Sequence record: NZ_CP106960.1
DNA from: a plasmid
DNA: 64,000 nucleotides
Strand: one strand, 5' to 3'
Positions 39,446 through 51,963 of this stretch are shown in pieces. The translations under genes were made by a program, and so were the position numbers. Position 1 is the stretch's first letter; each line of letters begins with the position of its first letter. The notes under the pieces were generated by a model, which was given only the letters and a program-made list of their open reading frames with translations, did no database searches and had not been told where the DNA came from.

Positions 39446-39550
39446 GTCTGGCCTCCGGACCAGCCTCCGCTGGTCCGATTGAACGCGCGGATTCTTTATC
39501 ACTGATAAGTTGGTGGACATATTATGTTTATCAGTGATAAAGTGTCAAGC
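39446..39550. promoter_or_regulatory. tetA/tetR divergent promoter-operator region
   Basis: The 105 bp intergenic region contains palindromic operator-like sequences (cactgataagttggtggac / tttatcactgataaa). Confidence 0.7.
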
Positions 39551-40201
39551 ATGACAAAGTTGCAGCCGAATACAGTGATCCGTGCCGCCCTGGACCTGTT
39601 GAACGAGGTCGGCGTAGACGGTCTGACGACACGCAAACTGGCGGAACGGTTGGGGGTTCAGCAGCCGGCGCTTTACTGGCACTTCAGGAACAAGCGGGCG
39701 CTGCTCGACGCACTGGCCGAAGCCATGCTGGCGGAGAATCATACGCATTCGGTGCCGAGAGCCGACGACGACTGGCGCTCATTTCTGATCGGGAATGCCC
39801 GCAGCTTCAGGCAGGCGCTGCTCGCCTACCGCGATGGCGCGCGCATCCATGCCGGCACGCGACCGGGCGCACCGCAGATGGAAACGGCCGACGCGCAGCT
39901 TCGCTTCCTCTGCGAGGCGGGTTTTTCGGCCGGGGACGCCGTCAATGCGCTGATGACAATCAGCTACTTCACTGTTGGGGCCGTGCTTGAGGAGCAGGCC
40001 GGCGACAGCGATGCCGGCGAGCGCGGCGGCACCGTTGAACAGGCTCCGCTCTCGCCGCTGTTGCGGGCCGCGATAGACGCCTTCGACGAAGCCGGTCCGG
40101 ACGCAGCGTTCGAGCAGGGACTCGCGGTGATTGTCGATGGATTGGCGAAAAGGAGGCTCGTTGTCAGGAACGTTGAAGGACCGAGAAAGGGTGACGATTG
40201 A
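39551..40201 (+). CDS. tetR(A): Tetracycline repressor TetR, class A (216 aa)
   Basis: MTKLQPNTVIRAALDLLNEVGVDGLTTRKLAERLGVQQPALYWHF is a canonical TetR(A) sequence. Confidence 0.95.
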   Translation: MTKLQPNTVIRAALDLLNEVGVDGLTTRKLAERLGVQQPALYWHFRNKRALLDALAEAMLAENHTHSVPRADDDWRSFLIGNARSFRQALLAYRDGARIHAGTRPGAPQMETADAQLRFLCEAGFSAGDAVNALMTISYFTVGAVLEEQAGDSDAGERGGTVEQAPLSPLLRAAIDAFDEAGPDAAFEQGLAVIVDGLAKRRLVVRNVEGPRKGDD

Positions 40202-40539
40202 TCAGGACCGCTGCCGGAGCGCAACCCACTCACTACAGCAGAGCCATGTAGACAACATCCCCTCCCCCTTTCCACCGCGTCAGACGCCCGTAGCAGCCCG
40301 CTACGGGCTTTTTCATGCCCTGCCCTAGCGTCCAAGCCTCACGGCCGCGCTCGGCCTCTCTGGCGGCCTTCTGGCGCTCCTGCTGCGGCGTCCGCTCGTG
40401 GGCCGTGGCGCGGGTCCGCGCGCCGGCCTCGTGCGCCTGGCGCTCGCGGGCGAGGTCCAGGGCGGCCGTCTTCACGTTCTGCCTTGCGCAGATGAGATAG
40501 ATCTAGCGTGGACTCAAGGCTCTCGCGAATGGCTCGCGT

Positions 40540-41440
40540 TGGAAACTTTCATTGACACTTGAGGGGCACCGCAGGGAAATTCTCGTCCTTGCGAGAACCG
40601 GCTATGTCGTGCTGCGCATCGAGCCTGCGCCCTTGGCTTGTCTCGCCCCTCTCCGCGTCGCTACGGGGCTTCCAGCGCCTTTCCGACGCTCACCGGGCTG
40701 GTTGCCCTCGCCGCTGGGCTGGCGGCCGTCTATGGCCCTGCAAACGCGCCAGAAACGCCGTCGAAGCCGTGTGCGAGACACCGCGGCCGCCGGCGTTGTG
40801 GATACCTCGCGGAAAACTTGGCCCTCACTGACAGATGAGGGGCGGACGTTGACACTTGAGGGGCCGACTCACCCGGCGCGGCGTTGACAGATGAGGGGCA
40901 GGCTCGATTTCGGCCGGCGACGTGGAGCTGGCCAGCCTCGCAAATCGGCGAAAACGCCTGATTTTACGCGAGTTTCCCACAGATGATGTGGACAAGCCTG
41001 GGGATAAGTGCCCTGCGGTATTGACACTTGAGGGGCGCGACTACTGACAGATGAGGGGCGCGATCCTTGACACTTGAGGGGCAGAGTGCTGACAGATGAG
41101 GGGCGCACCTATTGACATTTGAGGGGCTGTCCACAGGCAGAAAATCCAGCATTTGCAAGGGTTTCCGCCCGTTTTTCGGCCACCGCTAACCTGTCTTTTA
41201 ACCTGCTTTTAAACCAATATTTATAAACCTTGTTTTTAACCAGGGCTGCGCCCTGTGCGCGTGACCGCGCACGCCGAAGGGGGGTGCCCCCCCTTCTCGA
41301 ACCCTCCCGGCCCGCTAACGCGGGCCTCCCATCCCCCCAGGGGCTGCGCCCCTCGGCCGCGAACGGCCTCACCCCAAAAATGGCAGCGCCTACGGCGCTG
41401 ACTCTTTCGTTGACCAGGCGCAAGCGCCTGGAAATGCTCA
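40540..41440. other. oriV: RK2/RP4-type oriV relic (iterons, A+T-rich region, GC-rich region)
   Basis: At least eight 17 bp iterons of the TGACA(C/G)(T/A)TGAGGGGC type lie at about 40551, 40843, 40877, 41021, 41045, 41068, 41092 and 41115. An AT-rich stretch (41160-41235) and a GC-rich block follow. The module sits adjacent to tetR(A), as in RK2. Confidence 0.85.
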
Positions 41441-41445
41441 ATTAG

Positions 41446-41483
41446 GGGGCACCTCAGAAAACGGAAAATAAAGCACGCTAAGG
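41446..41483. repeat. Tn21 38 bp terminal inverted repeat (mer end)
   Basis: The sequence is gggggcacctcagaaaacggaaaataaagcacgctaag. Confidence 0.9.
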
Positions 41484-41912
41484 CATAGCTGACCTTGCCA
41501 GGCCTGCTTCGCCCTGTAGTGACGCGATCAACGGGCAGGAAACATTCCCCTTTCGTGCATGGCAGGCGCACACGAGTTCAGACAGCACGGTTTCCATGCG
41601 CGCCAAGTCGGCCATCTTCTCGCGCACGTCCTTGAGCTTGTGTTCGGCCAGGCTGCTGGCCTCCTCGCAGTGGGTGCCATCGTCGAGCCGCAACAGCTCG
41701 GCAATCTCGTCCAGACTGAACCCCAGCCGCTGTGCCGATTTCACGAATTTCACCCGAACCACGTCCGCCTCCCCATAGCGGCGGATGCTGCCGTAAGGCT
41801 TGTCCGGTTCCCGCAACAGGCCCTTGCGCTGATAGAAGCGGATTGTCTCCACGTTGACCCCGGCCGCCTTGGCAAAAACGCCAATGGTCAGGTTTTCCAA
41901 ATTATTTTCCAT
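41478..41912 (-). CDS. merR: MerR mercuric resistance regulator (144 aa)
   Basis: Tn21-type MerR, transcribed divergently from merT. Confidence 0.95.
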
Positions 41913-41983
41913 ATCGCTTGACTCCGTACATGAGTACGGAAGTAAGGTTACGCTATCCAATCCAAATTCAAAAGGGCCAACGT

Positions 41984-42334
41984 ATGTCTGAACCACAAAA
42001 CGGGCGCGGTGCGCTCTTCGCCGGCGGGCTGGCCGCCATTCTTGCATCGACCTGCTGCCTGGGGCCGCTAGTACTGGTCGCCCTGGGCTTCTCCGGTGCT
42101 TGGATCGGCAACCTGACGGTGCTGGAACCCTATCGACCGTTGTTCATCGGCGCGGCGCTAGTGGCGCTGTTCTTCGCCTGGAAGCGGATTTACCGGCCCG
42201 TGCAGGCATGCAAGCCAGGTGAGGTCTGCGCGATTCCGCAGGTGCGCGCCACCTACAAGCTGATTTTCTGGATCGTGGCCGTGCTGGTCCTGGTCGCGCT
42301 TGGATTTCCCTATGTCGTTCCATTTTTCTATTAA
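41984..42334 (+). CDS. merT: MerT mercuric transport protein
   Basis: 116 aa, with the CC motif in TM1. Confidence 0.95.
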
Positions 42335-42347
42335 CCAGGAGTTCATC

Positions 42348-42623
42348 ATGAAGAAACTGTTTGCCTCCCTTGCCCTCGCCGCCGCTGTTGCCCCGGTGTG
42401 GGCCGCTACCCAGACCGTCACGCTAGCGGTTCCCGGCATGACTTGCGCCGCCTGCCCGATCACAGTCAAGAAAGCGCTCTCCAAGGTCGAAGGCGTGAGC
42501 AAGGTCGATGTGGGCTTCGAGAAGCGCGAGGCCGTCGTCACTTTTGACGACACCAAGGCCAGCGTACAGAAGCTGACCAAGGCCACCGCAGACGCCGGCT
42601 ATCCGTCCAGCGTCAAGCAGTGA
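42348..42623 (+). CDS. merP: MerP periplasmic mercury-binding protein
   Basis: Signal peptide plus the GMTCAAC motif. Confidence 0.95.
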   Translation: MKKLFASLALAAAVAPVWAATQTVTLAVPGMTCAACPITVKKALSKVEGVSKVDVGFEKREAVVTFDDTKASVQKLTKATADAGYPSSVKQ

Positions 42624-42658
42624 GCCAGCAAGCCAACGACAACAGCGAGAGCCGCTTC

Positions 42659-43081
42659 ATGGGACTGATGACACGCATTGCCGATAAAACCGGCGCGCTC
42701 GGCAGCGTCGTTTCCGCGATGGGCTGCGCCGCCTGCTTTCCAGCCCTCGCCAGCTTCGGCGCGGCCATCGGGCTGGGCTTCTTGAGCCAGTACGAGGGAC
42801 TGTTCATCAGCCGCCTGCTGCCGCTGTTTGCCGCGCTGGCCTTCCTGGCGAACGCGCTGGGTTGGTTCAGTCATCGGCAATGGCTGCGCAGTCTGCTCGG
42901 CATGATCGGCCCGGCCATCGTGTTTGCGGCCACGGTCTGGCTGCTCGGCAACTGGTGGACGGCGAACCTGATGTACGTCGGCCTGGCCTTGATGATTGGG
43001 GTGTCGATCTGGGACTTCGTGTCGCCGGCGCATCGCCGTTGCGGACCGGACGGCTGCGAACTCCCCGCCAAGCGCTTGTGA
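42659..43081 (+). CDS. merC: MerC mercury transporter
   Basis: 140 aa, Tn21-type. Confidence 0.9.
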   Translation: MGLMTRIADKTGALGSVVSAMGCAACFPALASFGAAIGLGFLSQYEGLFISRLLPLFAALAFLANALGWFSHRQWLRSLLGMIGPAIVFAATVWLLGNWWTANLMYVGLALMIGVSIWDFVSPAHRRCGPDGCELPAKRL

Positions 43082-44827
<1,746 letters not shown>

Positions 44828-44844
44828 GGACAAGGAGGTGTGCG

Positions 44845-45207
44845 ATGAGCGCCTACACGGTATCGCAACTGGCCCATAACGCTGGGGTGAGCGTACATAT
44901 CGTGCGCGACTACCTGGTGCGCGGCTTGTTACGGCCGGTGGCCTGCACCACGGGCGGCTACGGCGTGTTCGACGATGCGGCCTTGCAACGGCTGTGCTTC
45001 GTGCGCGCGGCCTTCGAGGCGGGTATCGGCCTGGATGCCCTGGCGCGGCTGTGCCGTGCGCTCGACGCAGCGGACGGCGCACAAGCCGCAGCGCAGCTTG
45101 CCGTGCTGCGCCAGTTGGTCGAGCGGCGGCGCGCGGCGTTGGCCCATCTGGACGCGCAACTGGCCTCCATGCCAGCCGAGCGGGCGCACGAGGAGGCATT
45201 GCCGTGA
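44845..45207 (+). CDS. merD: MerD co-regulator
   Basis: 121 aa, MerR-like HTH. Confidence 0.9.
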   Translation: MSAYTVSQLAHNAGVSVHIVRDYLVRGLLRPVACTTGGYGVFDDAALQRLCFVRAAFEAGIGLDALARLCRALDAADGAQAAAQLAVLRQLVERRRAALAHLDAQLASMPAERAHEEALP

Positions 45208-45440
45208 ACGCCCCTGACAAACTGCCGCCCGAGACGCGCCAACCCGTTTCCGGCTACCTGTGGGGTGCGCTGGCCGTGTTGACCTGCCCCTGCCATCTGC
45301 CGATTCTCGCCGCCGTGCTGGCCGGGACGACCGCCGGTGCCTTCCTTGGCGAGCATTGGGGTGTTGCCGCGCTCGCGCTGACCGGCTTGTTCGTTCTGGC
45401 CGTAACGCGGCTGCTGCGCGCCTTCCGGGGCGGATCATGA
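45204..45440 (+). CDS. merE: MerE (GTG start, 78 aa)
   Basis: A small membrane protein with a CPC motif. Confidence 0.85.
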   Translation: MNAPDKLPPETRQPVSGYLWGALAVLTCPCHLPILAAVLAGTTAGAFLGEHWGVAALALTGLFVLAVTRLLRAFRGGS

Positions 45441-46077
45441 CGAGTTCGCAGCCCGCCGGATGGACGGCGGCCGAGTTGGCGCAGGCGGCGGCGCGCGGAC
45501 AGCTTGACCTGCATTACCAGCCGCTGGTCGATCTGCGCGATCACCGGATCGCTGGCGCGGAAGCGTTGATGCGCTGGCGGCATCCGAGGCTTGGCCTGTT
45601 GCCGCCCGGCCAGTTCCTGCCGCTGGCCGAGTCGTTCGGCCTGATGCCGGAAATAGGCGCGTGGGTGCTGGGCGAGGCCTGTCGCCAGATGCACAAGTGG
45701 CAAGGACCGGCATGGCAACCGTTCCGTCTTGCCATCAATGTGTCCGCCAGCCAGGTTGGGCCAACGTTCGACGACGAGGTAAAGCGGGTGCTGGCCGATA
45801 TGGCCCTGCCCGCCGAGCTTCTGGAGATCGAACTGACCGAATCGGTCGCATTCGGCAATCCAGCCCTGTTCGCCAGTTTCGACGCCTTGCGCGCCATCGG
45901 CGTGCGCTTCGCCGCCGACGACTTCGGCACCGGCTATTCCTGCCTGCAACATCTGAAATGCTGCCCCATCACCACATTGAAAATCGACCAATCCTTTGTC
46001 GCCAGGCTCCCGGATGATGCCCGTGACCAAACTATCGTGCGGGCGGTGATCCAGCTCGCGCACGGGCTGGGCATGGA
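45437..46077 (+). pseudogene. urf2: urf2 (EAL-domain protein) 5' part, interrupted by class 1 integron insertion
   Basis: An EAL domain (QPLVDL, ELTES, DDFGTGYS) is interrupted at IRt (46078). The 3' part resumes after IRi (58482). Confidence 0.85.
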
Positions 46078-46102
46078 TGTCATTTTCAGAAGACGACTGC
46101 AC
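46078..46102. repeat. Class 1 integron / Tn402 25 bp inverted repeat IRt
   Basis: The sequence tgtcattttcagaagacgactgcac. The 5 bp ATGGA directly before it is repeated after IRi. Confidence 0.85.
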
Positions 46103-46218
46103 CAGTTGATTGGGCGTAATGGCTGTTGTGCAGCCAGCTCCTGACAGTTCAATATCAGAAGTGATCTGCACCAATCTCGACTATGCTCAATACTCGTGTG
46201 CACCAAAGCGAGGTGAGC

Positions 46219-47470
46219 ATGGCGACGGACACCCCACGGATTCCAGAACAAGGCGTGGCCACTCTGCCTGATGAGGCTTGGGAGCGTGCGCGCCGTCGTG
46301 CGGAGATCATCAGTCCGTTGGCGCAGTCGGAGACGGTCGGGCACGAAGCGGCCGATATGGCGGCTCAGGCGCTGGGCTTGTCTCGGCGCCAGGTATACGT
46401 TCTGATCCGGCGTGCCCGGCAAGGCAGCGGCCTCGTGACGGATCTGGTGCCCGGCCAGTCCGGTGGAGGTAAAGGTAAGGGGCGCTTGCCGGAACCGGTC
46501 GAGCGCGTCATCCACGAGCTACTGCAAAAGCGGTTCCTGACCAAGCAGAAGCGCAGCCTAGCGGCCTTTCACCGCGAAGTCACTCAGGTGTGCAAGGCTC
46601 AAAAACTGCGAGTGCCGGCGCGCAATACCGTGGCCTTACGGATCGCTAGCCTTGACCCGCGCAAGGTCATCCGCCGGCGGGAAGGCCAGGATGCCGCTCG
46701 TGACCTACAAGGTGTGGGCGGCGAGCCTCCTGCCGTGACCGCGCCGCTGGAGCAGGTGCAGATAGACCATACGGTCATCGACCTGATCGTGGTCGATGAC
46801 CGCGACCGGCAACCTATTGGCCGCCCGTACCTGACCCTCGCCATCGACGTGTTCACCCGCTGCGTGCTCGGCATGGTCGTCACGCTGGAAGCGCCGTCTG
46901 CCGTTTCGGTTGGCCTGTGCCTCGTGCATGTCGCCTGCGACAAGCGCCCTTGGCTGGAAGGACTGAACGTGGAAATGGATTGGCAGATGAGCGGCAAGCC
47001 CTTGCTGCTCTACCTAGACAACGCGGCCGAGTTCAAGAGCGAGGCCCTGCGCCGGGGTTGCGAGCAGCATGGCATCCGGCTGGACTATCGCCCGCTGGGA
47101 CAGCCGCACTATGGCGGCATCGTGGAACGGATCATCGGCACGGCGATGCAGATGATTCACGACGAACTGCCGGGAACGACCTTCTCCAACCCTGACCAGC
47201 GCGGCGACTACGATTCCGAAAACAAGGCCGCCCTGACGCTGCGCGAGCTAGAGCGCTGGCTCACATTGGCGGTCGGCACCTACCACGGTTCGGTGCACAA
47301 CGGCCTGCTCCAACCGCCGGCCGCGCGCTGGGCCGAGGCCGTGGCGCGTGTCGGCGTACCGGCCGTCGTCACACGCGCTACTTCGTTCCTGGTCGATTTT
47401 CTGCCGATCCTCCGGCGCACGCTGACCCGCACCGGCTTTGTCATCGACCACATCCACTACTACGCCGATG
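46219..47470 (+). pseudogene. tniA: tniA (Tn402 transposase) 5' part, interrupted by the IS26 composite element
   Basis: The TniA N-terminus (MATDTPRIPEQGVATLPDEAWERARRR...) reads up to IS26 IRL at 47471. The C-terminal coding part resumes at 52784. Confidence 0.9.
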
Positions 47471-48290
47471 GGCACTGTTGCAAATAGTCGGTGGTGATAA
47501 ACTTATCATCCCCTTTTGCTGATGGAGCTGCACATGAACCCATTCAAAGGCCGGCATTTTCAGCGTGACATCATTCTGTGGGCCGTACGCTGGTACTGCA
47601 AATACGGCATCAGTTACCGTGAGCTGCAGGAGATGCTGGCTGAACGCGGAGTGAATGTCGATCACTCCACGATTTACCGCTGGGTTCAGCGTTATGCGCC
47701 TGAAATGGAAAAACGGCTGCGCTGGTACTGGCGTAACCCTTCCGATCTTTGCCCGTGGCACATGGATGAAACCTACGTGAAGGTCAATGGCCGCTGGGCG
47801 TATCTGTACCGGGCCGTCGACAGCCGGGGCCGCACTGTCGATTTTTATCTCTCCTCCCGTCGTAACAGCAAAGCTGCATACCGGTTTCTGGGTAAAATCC
47901 TCAACAACGTGAAGAAGTGGCAGATCCCGCGATTCATCAACACGGATAAAGCGCCCGCCTATGGTCGCGCGCTTGCTCTGCTCAAACGCGAAGGCCGGTG
48001 CCCGTCTGACGTTGAACACCGACAGATTAAGTACCGGAACAACGTGATTGAATGCGATCATGGCAAACTGAAACGGATAATCGGCGCCACGCTGGGATTT
48101 AAATCCATGAAGACGGCTTACGCCACCATCAAAGGTATTGAGGTGATGCGTGCACTACGCAAAGGCCAGGCCTCAGCATTTTATTATGGTGATCCCCTGG
48201 GCGAAATGCGCCTGGTAAGCAGAGTTTTTGAAATGTAAGGCCTTTGAATAAGACAAAAGGCTGCCTCATCGCTAACTTTGCAACAGTGCC
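47471..48290 (+). mobile_element. IS26: IS26 (820 bp), copy 1
   Basis: 14 bp terminal IRs (ggcactgttgcaaa / tttgcaacagtgcc) enclose a tnp26 ORF. Confidence 0.97.
47534..48238 (+). CDS. tnpA: IS26 transposase Tnp26 (234 aa)
   Basis: MNPFKGRHFQRDIILWAVRWYCKYGISYRELQEMLAERGV... is a canonical IS6-family sequence. Confidence 0.97.
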   Translation: MNPFKGRHFQRDIILWAVRWYCKYGISYRELQEMLAERGVNVDHSTIYRWVQRYAPEMEKRLRWYWRNPSDLCPWHMDETYVKVNGRWAYLYRAVDSRGRTVDFYLSSRRNSKAAYRFLGKILNNVKKWQIPRFINTDKAPAYGRALALLKREGRCPSDVEHRQIKYRNNVIECDHGKLKRIIGATLGFKSMKTAYATIKGIEVMRALRKGQASAFYYGDPLGEMRLVSRVFEM

Positions 48291-48427
48291 AATTTATGAG
48301 TAAAGGATTATGTCCACGATAAGCACCTGGGTCGATTCCTGGGAGGCGGCCATGAGGGTAGGGAAGCGCCGTCCCGTCAAGTCAGCGTAATGCTCTGCCA
48401 GTGTTACAACCAATTAACCAATTCTGA

Positions 48428-49243
48428 TTAGAAAAACTCATCGAGCATCAAATGAAACTGCAATTTATTCATATCAGGATTATCAATACCATATTTTTGA
48501 AAAAGCCGTTTCTGTAATGAAGGAGAAAACTCACCGAGGCAGTTCCATAGGATGGCAAGATCCTGGTATCGGTCTGCGATTCCGACTCGTCCAACATCAA
48601 TACAACCTATTAATTTCCCCTCGTCAAAAATAAGGTTATCAAGTGAGAAATCACCATGAGTGACGACTGAATCCGGTGAGAATGGCAAAAGCTTATGCAT
48701 TTCTTTCCAGACTTGTTCAACAGGCCAGCCATTACGCTCGTCATCAAAATCACTCGCATCAACCAAACCGTTATTCATTCGTGATTGCGCCTGAGCGAGA
48801 CGAAATACGCGATCGCTGTTAAAAGGACAATTACAAACAGGAATCGAATGCAACCGGCGCAGGAACACTGCCAGCGCATCAACAATATTTTCACCTGAAT
48901 CAGGATATTCTTCTAATACCTGGAATGCTGTTTTCCCGGGGATCGCAGTGGTGAGTAACCATGCATCATCAGGAGTACGGATAAAATGCTTGATGGTCGG
49001 AAGAGGCATAAATTCCGTCAGCCAGTTTAGTCTGACCATCTCATCTGTAACATCATTGGCAACGCTACCTTTGCCATGTTTCAGAAACAACTCTGGCGCA
49101 TCGGGCTTCCCATACAATCGATAGATTGTCGCACCTGATTGCCCGACATTATCGCGAGCCCATTTATACCCATATAAATCAGCATCCATGTTGGAATTTA
49201 ATCGCGGCCTCGAGCAAGACGTTTCCCGTTGAATATGGCTCAT
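48428..49243 (-). CDS. aph(3')-Ia: Aminoglycoside 3'-phosphotransferase APH(3')-Ia (kanamycin/neomycin resistance), 271 aa
   Basis: MSHIQRETSCSRPRLNSNMDADLYGYKWARDNVGQSGATIYRLYGKPDAPELFLKHGKGSVANDVTDEM... is the Tn903-type sequence. Confidence 0.97.
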   Translation of the reverse strand: MSHIQRETSCSRPRLNSNMDADLYGYKWARDNVGQSGATIYRLYGKPDAPELFLKHGKGSVANDVTDEMVRLNWLTEFMPLPTIKHFIRTPDDAWLLTTAIPGKTAFQVLEEYPDSGENIVDALAVFLRRLHSIPVCNCPFNSDRVFRLAQAQSRMNNGLVDASDFDDERNGWPVEQVWKEMHKLLPFSPDSVVTHGDFSLDNLIFDEGKLIGCIDVGRVGIADRYQDLAILWNCLGEFSPSLQKRLFQKYGIDNPDMNKLQFHLMLDEFF

Positions 49244-49306
49244 AACACCCCTTGTATTACTGTTTATGTAAGCAGACAGTTTTATTGTTCATGATGATAT
49301 ATTTTT

Positions 49307-50962
49307 CCTAGATTCTACGTCAGTACTTCAAAAAGCATAATCAAAGCCTTGATAAATATGCATTCCTTCGAAATTCAGCTTTCACCCATTGGGTGAAAGA
49401 AAAGTGCTCAAAAATATGTTAAATTATCAGCTTTTATGACTCGATATATGGTAAAATAATAGTAAGAAAAGTAGTAAAAAGGGGTTCTAATTATGATTAA
49501 TAAAATTGATTTCAAAGCTAAGAATCTAACATCAAATGCAGGTCTTTTTCTGCTCCTTGAGAATGCAAAAAGCAATGGGATTTTTGATTTTATTGAAAAT
49601 GACCTCGTATTTGATAATGACTCAACAAATAAAATCAAGATGAATCATATAAAGACCATGCTCTGCGGTCACTTCATTGGCATTGATAAGTTAGAACGTC
49701 TAAAGCTACTTCAAAATGATCCCCTCGTCAACGAGTTTGATATTTCCGTAAAAGAACCTGAAACAGTGTCACGGTTTCTAGGAAACTTCAACTTCAAGAC
49801 AACCCAAATGTTTAGAGACATTAATTTTAAAGTCTTTAAAAAACTGCTCACTAAAAGTAAATTGACATCCATTACGATTGATATTGATAGTAGTGTAATT
49901 AACGTAGAAGGTCATCAAGAAGGTGCGTCAAAAGGATATAATCCTAAGAAACTGGGAAACCGATGCTACAATATCCAATTTGCATTTTGCGACGAATTAA
50001 AAGCATATGTTACCGGATTTGTAAGAAGTGGCAATACTTACACTGCAAACGGTGCTGCGGAAATGATCAAAGAAATTGTTGCTAACATCAAATCAGACGA
50101 TTTAGAAATTTTATTTCGAATGGATAGTGGCTACTTTGATGAAAAAATTATCGAAACGATAGAATCTCTTGGATGCAAATATTTAATTAAAGCCAAAAGT
50201 TATTCTACACTCACCTCACAAGCAACGAATTCATCAATTGTATTCGTTAAAGGAGAAGAAGGTAGAGAAACTACAGAACTGTATACAAAATTAGTTAAAT
50301 GGGAAAAAGACAGAAGATTTGTCGTATCTCGCGTACTGAAACCAGAAAAAGAAAGAGCACAATTATCACTTTTAGAAGGTTCCGAATACGACTACTTTTT
50401 CTTTGTAACAAATACTACCTTGCTTTCTGAAAAAGTAGTTATATACTATGAAAAGCGTGGTAATGCTGAAAACTATATCAAAGAAGCCAAATACGACATG
50501 GCGGTGGGTCATCTCTTGCTAAAGTCATTTTGGGCGAATGAAGCCGTGTTTCAAATGATGATGCTTTCATATAACCTATTTTTGTTGTTCAAGTTTGATT
50601 CCTTGGACTCTTCAGAATACAGACAGCAAATAAAGACCTTTCGTTTGAAGTATGTATTTCTTGCAGCAAAAATAATCAAAACCGCAAGATATGTAATCAT
50701 GAAGTTGTCGGAAAACTATCCGTACAAGGGAGTGTATGAAAAATGTCTGGTATAATAAGAATATCATCAATAAAATTGAGTGTTGCTCTGTGGATAACTT
50801 GCAGAGTTTATTAAGTATCATTGCAGCAAAGATGAAATCAATGATTTATCAAAAATGATTGAAAGGTGGTTGTAAATAATGTTACAATGTGTGAGAAGCA
50901 GTCTAAATTCTTCGTGAAATAGTGATTTTTGAAGCTAATAAAAAACACACGTGGAATTTAGG
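49307..50962 (+). mobile_element. ISEcp1: ISEcp1 (IS1380 family, 1656 bp)
   Basis: IRL cctagattctacgtcagtac and IRR ...acacgtggaatttagg enclose a 420 aa transposase. Confidence 0.95.
49493..50755 (+). CDS. tnpA: ISEcp1 transposase (420 aa)
   Basis: MINKIDFKAKNLTSNAGLFLLLENAKSNGIFDF... is an IS1380-family DDE transposase. Confidence 0.95.
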   Translation: MINKIDFKAKNLTSNAGLFLLLENAKSNGIFDFIENDLVFDNDSTNKIKMNHIKTMLCGHFIGIDKLERLKLLQNDPLVNEFDISVKEPETVSRFLGNFNFKTTQMFRDINFKVFKKLLTKSKLTSITIDIDSSVINVEGHQEGASKGYNPKKLGNRCYNIQFAFCDELKAYVTGFVRSGNTYTANGAAEMIKEIVANIKSDDLEILFRMDSGYFDEKIIETIESLGCKYLIKAKSYSTLTSQATNSSIVFVKGEEGRETTELYTKLVKWEKDRRFVVSRVLKPEKERAQLSLLEGSEYDYFFFVTNTTLLSEKVVIYYEKRGNAENYIKEAKYDMAVGHLLLKSFWANEAVFQMMMLSYNLFLLFKFDSLDSSEYRQQIKTFRLKYVFLAAKIIKTARYVIMKLSENYPYKGVYEKCLV

Positions 50963-51244
50963 TATTTGTATTGAGGATGTCAGTAAACGGGATGACATGG
51001 CTGAAGTTGAGATTATAAATAAGACATGGCTTCATGATTCGGGAGTGGTTATTCGTTGTTCTCGCGAAAATGAATTGGTTAGATATTCATCAAATTCCTG
51101 TCCAGAATGCAGCATTAGATGGCATGTCGTTGATGCGGTAGGTCAGGATATTCGTCCACTGGAGAAAACGTTTCACAATGCTTGCCAGGAGTCGTACTGG
51201 TTAAAAGTAAATCGTCAAACGCATCTCCCGGTGTAAACGCTGAA

Positions 51245-51889
51245 CTAACCAATCACAGCGATGCCAAGCCGCTCCATGAGCAACGATGCCTGGTAGCTGT
51301 CTAACTTAACGCCTTGTAAATCAACACCCCGAATATCTAAGTCACCTAACTCCGAATTGGTCAGATCGCAATGTGTGAAGTTTGCTGCTCGCCAGTCGAA
51401 AGTCGAAAACTCGCCGCCGGAGAGATCTGAACCACTGAACGTCGCACCCAGTACCTGAGTCCCCATCCAGCGGTTTTCCCACAGCTCACACTTTTCCAAC
51501 ACGACTTTCGAAAAATTGGCGTAGCTTAGATTAGTATTAGTGATATATGCGCTGCAAAACCAGGTGCGCGTGGTGATCATATTCATAAAGCTTGCACCGC
51601 GGAAATCTGCGCCTTGTGCGCGGCAGTGGCGAATTTCAATGCCCAAGGCACTGACGTTGCGGAAATCTGCCATTGATAAATCACAGCTTTTGAAAATGGC
51701 ATCTTTCAGCATTGCGCGACTAAAATTGCACCCTTTCTGACTTTCGCGATCATAGAACTGGCAGCCGATAAATTCAGTGCCGCTCAGGTCGGCACCTGAA
51801 AAATCGCAGTTAAAAAATGTACTATTTTCAACTTTCTCACCGGTGAAGCGATTTCTGTCAATTTTTTCGCCAACTAATGCCAGAGTCAT
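51245..51889 (-). CDS. qnrB19: QnrB-family pentapeptide-repeat quinolone resistance protein (214 aa, QnrB19-like)
   Basis: The sequence begins MTLALVGEKIDRNRFTGEKVENSTFFNCDFSGADLSGTEFIGCQFYDRESQKGCNFSRAMLKDAIF and shows pentapeptide-repeat periodicity. Confidence 0.9.
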   Translation of the reverse strand: MTLALVGEKIDRNRFTGEKVENSTFFNCDFSGADLSGTEFIGCQFYDRESQKGCNFSRAMLKDAIFKSCDLSMADFRNVSALGIEIRHCRAQGADFRGASFMNMITTRTWFCSAYITNTNLSYANFSKVVLEKCELWENRWMGTQVLGATFSGSDLSGGEFSTFDWRAANFTHCDLTNSELGDLDIRGVDLQGVKLDSYQASLLMERLGIAVIG

Positions 51890-51963
51890 ATCTATGCCTG
51901 TGTTTTTATACAGTAATGACGCCATGGTAAACCTTATGACGTTATGCGTCAAACCCGCCAGTA

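Noticed and set aside
40540-41130. Regularly spaced direct repeats that could be mistaken for a CRISPR array
   Set aside because: The repeats are 17 bp, with the TGACA-TGAGGGGC consensus, variable spacing and the flanking AT-rich and GC-rich blocks typical of RK2 oriV iterons. There are no cas genes and no uniform spacer length.
50922-51236. 104 aa plus-strand ORF starting inside the ISEcp1 right end
   Set aside because: It begins within the IS inverted-repeat region, has no convincing RBS and overlaps nothing conserved. It is noted only as a gap-filling ORF in the ISEcp1-qnrB finding.
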